Shown here piece by piece: positions 1-9,700 of a DNA stretch of 64,000 nucleotides. This DNA is from Candidatus Eiseniibacteriota bacterium (GTDB taxonomy: Bacteria > Eisenbacteria > RBG-16-71-46): positions 3,264,001 through 3,328,000 of the forward strand of contig OY970342.1 of assembly GCA_963717505.1 (NCBI GenBank), given 5' to 3'. The position numbers were made by a program, and so were the translations under genes. Below the pieces are notes generated by a model. That model made no database searches. It was not told the DNA's origin and was given only the letters and a program-made list of their open reading frames with translations. Within the stretch, counting starts at the first letter, position 1; every line of letters starts with the position of its first letter.

Positions 1-1673
1 GATGACCGTCCGCCGGACATGAGCGCGTCTGCATGGCTCAGGCTGTGCTCGAGCGCGTTCACGAAGTGACCACCGGCCAGGTTCGCTCGCTCGAGGCGAG
101 TCGCTTCCTTCAGCGACCGATGCATCCAGCAGGTCTGAAACAGCGGCACCACCAGCGATCGAGGGACGCGCGCCGCCTCGGCGTAGCGGGCGATCACCCC
201 TCGAGTCCAGCGCGAGAGCTCCGAGTCACCGAAGAAGGTGTCGTCGAATGCCGCCAACAGCGAGCGGGTCTGGCCTCGCCGTCGAGTGACGCCATACGAG
301 CGAAGGAAGTAGAAAAGATCCCAGAGGGGCGGTCCAGCCGGGTCGGCGGCCTCCCAGTCGAGAAACGCCACGCCGCCCTCGCGTGTGCCCAGCATGTTCC
401 AGGTTCCGGGATCGCCGTGCAGGAACACGCGCGGCACTCCCTCTGCATGGCTGGCAAGGGTTTCGACCGGCGCCTTCAGCCGATCGCCGAGACCCGGATT
501 GCCATAGACCTTCGAGAACTCGTCGAGCAATTCGCGCAGCTCGGTCAGGCTTCGGCGGCGGGGATCGTCGTGGACGGTGCGCGTCAGGACTGCGAGCTCG
601 GTGAGCGACGCCGCTGCCGACTGGCCGTAAGCGCACGGGATCGGACCCTTGCTGACTTCCTTGAACGGACGACCATCGATGGCGCTCTGGCAAACCACCG
701 CCAGCCCGGCGTGTTCACCCTTGAATGTCACGCGCGGCGCTCGGCCACCTTTCGAGAAGCCGATGCTTTCGAGCTTGACCAGCGCCTCGCCTTCGTTCTG
801 AAGCCTCGCGTTCATTTCCGGATGCGACACCATCTTGACCACGTAGGACGGGTGCGAAGCGGTGGGGCCGAACAGTCGAAACACCACCTTTCGCGAGCGG
901 TACCCCTCGGGAACCGAAAGCCACCAGCGGTGGCCCGCGAACGAGATCCCCGCCTCAACCGCCATCTGCTCGAGATAGTCGGGAAGTGCGGCGACCTGCG
1001 GGCGATTTCTGGCGATCAGTGAGGCGAAGCGGGCGCCCATCGCCCAACGCGCCGGGAATCGACGAAGCACTCGGTCCACGGTGCGCGAATGCTCGGTCGA
1101 GCCCCATGGGTGAACCGCGCCGACCCGGATGACGTGCTCCAGCGCTCTGCGATCGGCGTCCGGCACCATCACGCGCGGCTCGCCGCGGAGCGGCAGCAGG
1201 CGGTACCGATCGAGGTGCGACCCGGTGGCGCGGGAGAGTCTTCGCTCGGGGGAAGAGGCCCCGGTGTCGCGCCCTTCGACGAATGCGTACCCGCCGCGGT
1301 CGATCAACCGGCGCACCGCATCGATTGCACCCGGACGGGTGGCCAGCCATTGACGCCCTTCGCCCCCGAGGATGGCCACCACGTTGCCCTGCGAAGCCAG
1401 ATCGTCCAGCAGCGCCTTACCATCACCCGCGACCCATCGGACCGAGGCGAGCTCCGGACTCGAACTCCACAGCGTCCGCCGCTGTTCTCCTGCTCGCCCC
1501 AGAGGCAGCACGGTTACCGCGCCCGAACGCGCGACCAGCATGCGCAGAGTTCCCAGCCCCGGAGTGCCGATCAGGAACACCCGCCCGGGCGGGATCTCGG
1601 CCAGCAAGTAGAGCCACGCCGCGTGCGGCGGCTCGCGCTTGAGATTGGTCCCGGGTTCGAATCGGCTAGCCAA
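1..1673 (-). CDS. APH/choline-kinase-like phosphotransferase (3' end runs off window; absent from ORF track)
   Basis: Manual translation from TTG at 1673 is open to the window edge. It contains 'VFLHGDPGTWNML' and 'FLDWEAA...GPPLWDLFYFL' motifs, and its start overlaps the flippase stop. Confidence 0.8.
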   Translation of the reverse strand, partial: MASRFEPGTNLKREPPHAAWLYLLAEIPPGRVFLIGTPGLGTLRMLVARSGAVTVLPLGRAGEQRRTLWSSSPELASVRWVAGDGKALLDDLASQGNVVAILGGEGRQWLATRPGAIDAVRRLIDRGGYAFVEGRDTGASSPERRLSRATGSHLDRYRLLPLRGEPRVMVPDADRRALEHVIRVGAVHPWGSTEHSRTVDRVLRRFPARWAMGARFASLIARNRPQVAALPDYLEQMAVEAGISFAGHRWWLSVPEGYRSRKVVFRLFGPTASHPSYVVKMVSHPEMNARLQNEGEALVKLESIGFSKGGRAPRVTFKGEHAGLAVVCQSAIDGRPFKEVSKGPIPCAYGQSAAASLTELAVLTRTVHDDPRRRSLTELRELLDEFSKVYGNPGLGDRLKAPVETLASHAEGVPRVFLHGDPGTWNMLGTREGGVAFLDWEAADPAGPPLWDLFYFLRSYGVTRRRGQTRSLLAAFDDTFFGDSELSRWTRGVIARYAEAARVPRSLVVPLFQTCWMHRSLKEATRLERANLAGGHFVNALEHSLSHADALMSGGRS

Positions 1674-3243
1674 CGTGGGGTCCCTTGGTCGCCCGAGGTG
1701 CGGACTTGCCGAGCAACCAGCGGATCGCGGGCAGCTTGAGGACTTCTGGGAACATCTCGTGCAGGTCGAGCAGCTCCGAATTCATGCGAATGATCACGAT
1801 GGTTGCTGCAGCGGCCAGAACCACACTCGCAACGATGCTAGCGGTTCCGGTGCCGGGAATCGCCCACAGCAAGCCGGCCGCGACCGCGATCGAGAGGTAC
1901 ACCCGCAGGTAGCGCCACTCGAACAGGCGGACGCCGGTCCCGAGTCGCAGACCGGCCTGCTTGAGCAGATTGTGCGTGACCATCGCCAGCATCATGGCAA
2001 AGCCGGCTCCAAGCGCCCCGTGGGGCGGAATCAATGCGGCGCTGAGCCCGATGCTCACCAGCGCCGTGACGACGTTGATCGTGACGGTATAGCGCAGACG
2101 CCCGAACACCTTGAGCGTCAATCCATTAAAACCCAACGCGGCATTGAAGTAGTAGCCGAAGGAGAGCAGGGCCAGAATCGGGGCCGCGGACTCGTAGCGC
2201 GCCCCGTACAGCAGCACCGTAATCGGCTTGGCCAGCGAAAACGTCAGCAGGAACACCGGCAGCGAGAAAACGGCGATCCAGATCGCCGTGCGCCAGTAGA
2301 GCGCGTTGATCGCTTCCGAATCGTGCTTGGCGAACAAGCGTGCGGCCATCGGCGTGAACAAAGTCGCGAAACTGGCCATGACCATTTCGTTCATCTTGGC
2401 CGTCGGCAGTACGGCCTGAAGACTCGCGACCTCGGCAGTGCTGCGGAAATGTTCGAGCAGTACGACGTTGACCGTGTTCATGCTCAGGTAGACCAACTCG
2501 GTGGTGAGCAGGGGAAACGTGAAACTGAACACTTCCCGCCACGGCCTTAGCGACCGCCGCGCCGCATCCCCGTCCAACAGGCCCTGCTCGCGGAACACCC
2601 CGCCCAACTGAAAGCCGTAGATCGTGAGTCCGAGCAGCGTCGCCAGGACATATCCGATCGCGAGGTAGACGACGCTGCTCCCGGTCAGCATCAAGACCAG
2701 GACGACCGCGAGCTTGAGCGCAGGGGCCAGGACGTGACGCCGGAAGAAGATCGCGCGCGGCTTGGCGAACACCGCGAACACCCCGATCAGCAACTCGTCC
2801 AGCGCCTGGAGTGGAGCCAGGAAGATCAGCAGGTAGAGCAGCGTGACGGCCAACGGGTCCTTCATTCGCGTCACGACCAGCGACTGGCCCGCGAACAAGA
2901 GGAGCACGGCCAATACGCTCAGGGACAGGATCACGCTGACGGCGATCACCAGGGTCCCAAACAGGCGGCGATGATCGCCGCGCTCGTGGTAGATGGGCAG
3001 GAATCGGGTGATCGAGCGGTCGAGGCCGAGGGTGACCACCGCCTGGACGAATCCCACGATCGACAACGCGTAGGTGAAGGCCCCGAAGTCGCCCTTGGTC
3101 AGGTAGCGGACAATCAGGATCTGGGTGATGAAGTTCCCGAACTTGGCGAACATCCGGCCGGCGAGCAGCAGGGTGGAGCCGCGAACCAGCTTCCGGCTGG
3201 AACTGGAATGCTTCGGGCTGGCAGGGCCAGGGAGTTCGGCCAA
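1666..3243 (-). CDS. wzx: Polysaccharide flippase (Wzx/MOP family)
   Basis: Multi-TM protein with N-terminal 'IVRYLTKGDFGAF...LGLDRSITRFLP' pattern; lies in an EPS locus. Confidence 0.85.
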   Translation of the reverse strand: MAELPGPASPKHSSSSRKLVRGSTLLLAGRMFAKFGNFITQILIVRYLTKGDFGAFTYALSIVGFVQAVVTLGLDRSITRFLPIYHERGDHRRLFGTLVIAVSVILSLSVLAVLLLFAGQSLVVTRMKDPLAVTLLYLLIFLAPLQALDELLIGVFAVFAKPRAIFFRRHVLAPALKLAVVLVLMLTGSSVVYLAIGYVLATLLGLTIYGFQLGGVFREQGLLDGDAARRSLRPWREVFSFTFPLLTTELVYLSMNTVNVVLLEHFRSTAEVASLQAVLPTAKMNEMVMASFATLFTPMAARLFAKHDSEAINALYWRTAIWIAVFSLPVFLLTFSLAKPITVLLYGARYESAAPILALLSFGYYFNAALGFNGLTLKVFGRLRYTVTINVVTALVSIGLSAALIPPHGALGAGFAMMLAMVTHNLLKQAGLRLGTGVRLFEWRYLRVYLSIAVAAGLLWAIPGTGTASIVASVVLAAAATIVIIRMNSELLDLHEMFPEVLKLPAIRWLLGKSAPRATKGPHVG

Positions 3244-3728
3244 GTAGGTCCCCAGATGGAAGTGGCGCGGGGTGTGTCACGGGCGCGGGTGGGACTAGGA
3301 TGCTAGCCCGATTGCCGACGCGCGGCAAGGCTGCAAGTGATTGCAGGCAAGGACCGTCCGAGCTTCGGGCTCCGTGCACTTCGCAATCCGGCGGGTGGGG
3401 GAGGGAACTCCGGCCCTTTGGTTGCCGGGCGGATCGCAGCGCCTCCCGTACCCCCCGGCGCCCCCGGGAAACTAGGGCTCGCGCCCGGAGGCCTAAGTGG
3501 CTATTATGTCGCTTCTGTTACGGGCCCCGACTCTCCCGCAAGACGGGCCATGGATTGAGCGTGTTGCCGGCGCTGAACGTCTCCCCGAGTTCACCCGCTC
3601 GTCGGTGCAGCGCTCGAAGGCTAGCTATCCAGTCCGTCGCAAGCGCGCGCTCTGAGCCATTCCGCTCCGGGGGGCGCCGGCCGCATATTCGGGAGAGCCC
3701 TCTTCTAACCATGCGCCTCGAGACCCTC

Positions 3729-6700
3729 ATGCGGGAGCGACCTTTGTTTTTCGCTCGCGCACTCGGATCGATTGCGGCTCTGGTCGGGTTCGCCTCGACT
3801 GCGCTTCCCGCGTGGGCCCAGACACCAATTCTGGCCGGCTACCGAGATTTCAATTACGGATCGACGGCCATCAACACGCCCACCGGCGAAAAGCCGGAAA
3901 GCAAGTTGTGGTGGAACGACGGTTTCTGGTGGGGGATCCTCTGGGACCCCGCGTCGAACCGCTACGAGATCCACAAGTTCAACGTCGGCACCCAATCATG
4001 GGCGAGCACGAACGTCGCCGCCGACACCCGCAGCAATGCCAAGGCTGATGCGCTGTGGGATGGCACCAACCTCTTCATCGCCTTCCATGTGTTCGCCAAC
4101 GAAGGCGGGCCCGTCAGCCCATCCCAGGCGGCCAGCCTCTATCGCTATTCCTACAATGCTGGTACCGACCAGTACTCGCTCGACTTCGGCTTCCCGGTAA
4201 CGATCAACGGCTCGAACTCCGAGACGCTGGTTCTGGCGAAAGACGGCACCGGGCAGCTGTGGATTACGTGGACGGAGAGGGTCTCACCTACCAATACCCT
4301 CACGAAGGTAATGATCAACCACTCGATGGGAACCAACCACCTGTCCTGGGGCACCCCCTATAGGATTCCCGTCCAAACGCAGGACGCCGACCCCGACGAC
4401 ATCGCTTCGGTCATCGCCCTGCCCGGCAAGATCGGCGTCTTCTGGTCGGATCAGGAGAACGAGGTCGACTACTTCGCGGTTCACCTCGACGGTGCGGCCG
4501 ACGACGTCTGGCAGCCGCGCGAGACCGCGCTCATCGACCCGGTTCTGGCCAACATCGCGGACGACCACATCAGCATGGTCGCGGACCCCGCGGGCAATCT
4601 GTACGTCGCGACCAAGACGAGCCTGAACCTGCCCGCCACGAATCCGATCATCTACCTCCTGAAGCGCACCCCGGCCGGTGTATGGTCGAGATACGTCGTG
4701 GCCACCGTGGGAGATCAGCATACGCGCGCCATCGTCCAGCTCGACGATGGTGGAAACCTCTATGTGTTCATGACCTACGACCCCGGAGGCCCCGAGCCTC
4801 AACAGCTCATCTACCTCAAGTCTACGAACACCAGCAACATCCAGTTTCCCACCGGTTTCGGGACTCCGTTCATCCAGAGCACGACCGACGATCTCGTCAA
4901 CAATTCCACGGGCACGAAACAACTGCTGAACGCCACGACCGACTTGCTCGTCATCGCCAGTGACCAGAGTTCCCACTACTACATGCACAACATGCTGCCG
5001 ATCGGCAGCACCGGGCCCTCCATCGCTTCGTTCCTGCCGCTCAGTGGCGTGGCGGGCACCGAGGTCACGCTTACGGGTTCGGGGTTCACGGGAGCCACCA
5101 ACGTTCGCTTCAATGGCCTCAACGCGCCGGGATTCGTTCTCGACAACGCCAACCAGATCCGGGTCAACGTTCCGGTCGGCGCGACGACGGGGCCGATCAG
5201 CGTCGAGGCGCCCTCAGGCACCGGTATCAGCAGCAGCAGCTTCACGATCCAGACGGTGCCGACCGTGGCCTCGTTCCTGCCCACGAGCGGTCCCCCGGCC
5301 ACGGAAGTGACCGTCAGCGGAACCGGCTTCCTGGGCACTACCAATGTCACCTTCAACGGCGTGTCGGCCACGTACACCGTCGACAGCAACACGCAGTTGC
5401 GCGCGAACGTTCCAGTGGGAGCGACCACCGGGCCGATCGCGGTGACGAATGGGGTGGGTACTGGCACCAGCGCCTCGAACTTCACCGTGACCGCGCCGCC
5501 GCCGGTCGTCACGTTCGCGCCGATTCACGACGCACGGGTCGAAGCCGCGAACCCGACGACCAGCTTCCCTGGGACAGGGACCGGCACCAACCTGTTGCTG
5601 AGAGTTGGCGTCGCAAGCTCCAATCCAATCAACTCGTATCTCAAGTTCAACGTATCCGGTCTGGCTGGACCAGTCGTCGATGCGAAACTTCGACTCTTCT
5701 GCAACGACGACAGTCCAGATGGTGGAAGAATCTACGCAGTCTCGAACAACTACTTGGGAACCTCCACCCCGTGGCTCGAGACTGGTCTCAACTGGAACAA
5801 CGCGCCGACGATCGGCGGAACCATTCTCGACCAAAAGGCCAATGTGCCGGACGAGAGCTGGGTTGAGTTCAACGTCACACCGGCCATCACTGGAAACGGT
5901 GTGTTCAGCCTTGGAATCACGAGCCCGCATGTAAATCTGGCCGCCTACTATCAAAAGGAAGGCGTAAGCCCGCCGCAGTTGGTAGTCACCATCGCCGCCG
6001 GCGCCCCGACCATCGCCAACTTCAACCCGACCAGCGGCCCGCCGGGAACCCAGGTCACGGTGACCGGAACCAACTTCAGCTCGGTCACTGCCGTCACGTT
6101 CAACGGCGTCGCTGCCGCCTCGTTCATCGTCGACAACGCGACCCAGCTACGTGCGACGGTGCCGGCTGCCGCCGGCTCGGGACCGATCGGCATCACCAAC
6201 TCGAATGGCACGACCTTCAGCGCCACCAACTTCACCGTCGATCCGCCGACCATCACCAACTTCACGCCGACCAGCGGGCACATTGGCGCCACGGTCGTCA
6301 TCACCGGCACCCAGTTCAGCACCGTGTCGTCGGTCCGGTTCAACGGCGTCAGCGCCGGGTTCGTCATCAACAACCCGACTCAGATCACGGCCACCGTGCC
6401 CTCGGGCGCGACCACCGGCCCGATCAGCGTGCTCAACCCGGCCGGCTCGGCCTCGAGTGGAACGAACTTCACCGTGATCCTGCCGCCGACCATCGCCTCG
6501 TTCAACCCGACGAGCGGTCCCTCAGGCACCCAGGTCACCGTGACCGGCACCCAATACAGCTCGGTGACTGCAGTGACCTTCAACGGTGTCGCCGCCAGCT
6601 CGTTCATCATCGATAGCCCGACCCAGCTGCGCGCCAACGTGCCGAACGGGACCAACACCGGCCCGATCGGCGTCACCAACCTGGCGGCGACCACGAACAG

Positions 6701-9700
6701 CGCGACCAACTTCACGGTGGTCAAGTACACGCTGGCGACGACCCCGGTCGGCTCGGGAACCATCGGCCGCGTGCCCGATCAGCCGAGCTACGACAACGGC
6801 ACCACCGTCCAGTTGACGGCCACGCCGTCGGTGGGATGGACCTTCACCGGATGGACCGGTGACGCGAGCGGCACGACCAATCCAGTCAACGTCCTGATGA
6901 ACGCGAATAAGACGGTGACCGGGACGTTCACGGTCAACACCTACACGCTGGCGGTGACCCCGATCGGTTCGGGCACCGTCGGGCGAGTACCCGACCAGCC
7001 GACCTACAACCACGGCACCAGCGTTCAATTGACCGCGACGCCGGCCGTGGGATGGACCTTCACCGGGTGGACCGGCGCCCTCACCGGAACCACGAACCCG
7101 GCCAATCTGTTGATGGACGGGAACAAGTCGGTAACCGCGACGTTCACCATCAACACGTACACGCTCGGCGTGACGACCGTCGGCTTGGGCGCGGTCGAAC
7201 AGGAACCCGAACCAGGCGACCTACGACCACGGGACGAACGTCCAGCTGACCGCAATCCCGACGGCGGGGTGGACGTTTACCGGCTGGAGTGGCGACGCTA
7301 CCGGTCTGACCAATCCGCTCAACCTGGTGATGGACGCCACCAAGTCGGTGACCGCAACGTTCTCGCTCAACGCCTACGCGATGAGTGTCGCGGTGGTCGG
7401 GTCCGGCTCGGTCGCCAAGAATCCCGATCAGGCGACCTACAATCACGGGACCAACGTCCAGCTGACCGCAACGCCGGCAACGGGGTGGACGTTCACGAGC
7501 TGGAGCGGCGACGCCACCGGCGCCACCAATCCGGTCACCGTACTGATGGACGGGAACAAGACGGTGACCGCGACCTTCACCATCAACACCTACACGCTGG
7601 GTGTCACGAACGTGGGCTCGGGCTCGGTCACGAAGAATCCAAATCAGGCCACCTACGACCACGGCACGAGCGTCGAGCTGACCGCGACCCCGGCCACCGG
7701 CTGGACGTTCACCGGCTGGAGCGGCAACGCGACCGGCACGACCAATCCGGTCAATGTCCTGATGGACGCCAACAAGAGCGTCACCGCGACTTTCGCGATC
7801 AACACCTACACACTCGACGTGACGGTGGTCGGCTCCGGCTCGGTCGCCAAGAATCCCGATCAGCCGAGCTACGACCACGGAACCAGCGTCGAGCTGACCG
7901 CGACCCCGGCCGTCGGCTGGACGTTCAGCTGGCTGGAGCGGCGCACGCCACGGGCTCGACCAATCCGGTCAGCGTGCTGATGGACGCCAACAAGAGCGTG
8001 ACCGCGACCTTCACCATCAACACCTACACGTTGGGCGTCACGATCGTCGGATCGGGCTCCGTCGCCAAGAACCCCGACCAGGGGACCTACGACCACGGCA
8101 CCAGCGTCGAGCTGACCGCGGTCTCGGCTACCGGCTGGACGTTCGCCGGCTGGAGTGATGACGCGACCGGTGTCACCAATCCGGTCAACGTACTCATGGA
8201 CGACAACAAATCGGTGACGGTGACCTTCACCATCAACACCTACACCCTGGGTGTGACGGTGGTCGGATCCGGTTCGGTCGCCAAGAACCCGGATCAGCCG
8301 ACCTACGAACACGGCACCAACGTCGAGCTGACCGCGACGCCGGATCCGACCTGGAACTTCATCGGCTGGAGTGGTGATGCCACGGGACTGAACAACCCGG
8401 TCAACGTGCTGATGGACGCCAACAAATCGGTGACCGCGACCTTCGCGCTCAACGCGTATGCACTCAGTGTCACGTTGGTCGGCTCGGGCTCGGTCGCGAG
8501 GAACCCCGATCAGGCGAGCTACGACCACGGGACGAGCGTCGAGCTGACTGCGACCCCAGCCACCGGCTGGACGTTCACCGGCTGGAGCGGCGACGCCTCG
8601 GGCTCGACCAACCCGGTCACTGTGCTGATGGAAGCCACCAGGAATGTGACTGCGACGTTCACCGTCAACACCTACACGCTGGCGGTCGACGCGATCGGAT
8701 CCGGGTCGGTCTCGTGGATTCCGGACCAGCCGACCTACGACCACGGCACCATCATCGCGCTGACGGCGAGCCCGAGCCCGACCTGGCACTTGGTCGGTTG
8801 GAGCGGCGATGCCAGCGGCAGCGAGAGTCCGCTCAATCTTCTGATGGATGGAAACAAGTCGGTCATCGCGACCTTTGCGCTCAATACCTACACGCTGTCG
8901 GTCACGGTGGTCGGCTCGGGTTCAGTCGGCAGGAACCCCGACCAGCCGTCATACGACCACGGAACGACGGTCGACTTGACCGCGAACCCAGCGACGGGCT
9001 GGACCTTCACCGGCTGGAGTGGCGACGCCACCGGAACGACCAATCCGGTGAACGTCCTGATGGACGCCAACAAGAGCGTGACCGCGACCTTCACGGCCAA
9101 CACCTACACGCTGGCGGTGAACACAGTGGGCTCGGGTACGGTCGCGAAGAACCCCGATCAGCCAAGCTACGATCACGGCACCAGCGTCGAGCTGACGGCG
9201 AGTCCGGTCACTGGCTGGACATTCACCGGCTGGAGCGGCGACGCGACCGGCTCGACCAACCCGGTCAACGTCCTGATGGACGGCAACAAGTCGGTAACCG
9301 CGACCTTCACCATCAACACCTACACGCTGGCGGTGACCACGGTGGGCTCGGGCTCGGTCGCGAAGAACCCGGACCAGGCAACCTACGACCACGGGACGAG
9401 CGTCCAACTCACGGCCGCGCCGGATCCGACGTGGAACTTCGTCGGCTGGAGCGGTGGCGCGACGGGCACGACCAACCCGGTCAACGTCCTGATGGACGCG
9501 AACAAGTCAGTGACCGCGACCTTCGCGCTCAACGCGTATGCGCTGAGTGTGACGGTGGTCGGTTCCGGCACGGTCGCCAAGAACCCCGATCAGGCGACCT
9601 ATGGCCACGGTACCAGCGTCGAGTTGACCGCGAACGCGGCGGCGGGATGGACGTTCAGCGATTGGAGCGGTGACGCCACGGGCTCGACCAACCCGGTCAA

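Noticed and set aside
33-1022. 329-aa plus-strand ORF and the many other Arg/Ala-rich ORFs (e.g. 9507..11435, 12219..13982, 45161..46738)
   Set aside because: They are antisense or off-frame shadows of real genes in high-GC DNA and carry no recognisable motifs.
1-1673. Aminoglycoside resistance gene
   Set aside because: Only the kinase fold motifs are shared. The long N-terminal extension and coupling to wzx argue for a role in the EPS locus.
7195-7945. Programmed frameshifting or an alternative-frame insert in the giant protein
   Set aside because: The 216-bp repeat continues unbroken apart from 3 extra bases, and there is no slippery sequence. It is best explained as sequencing error.
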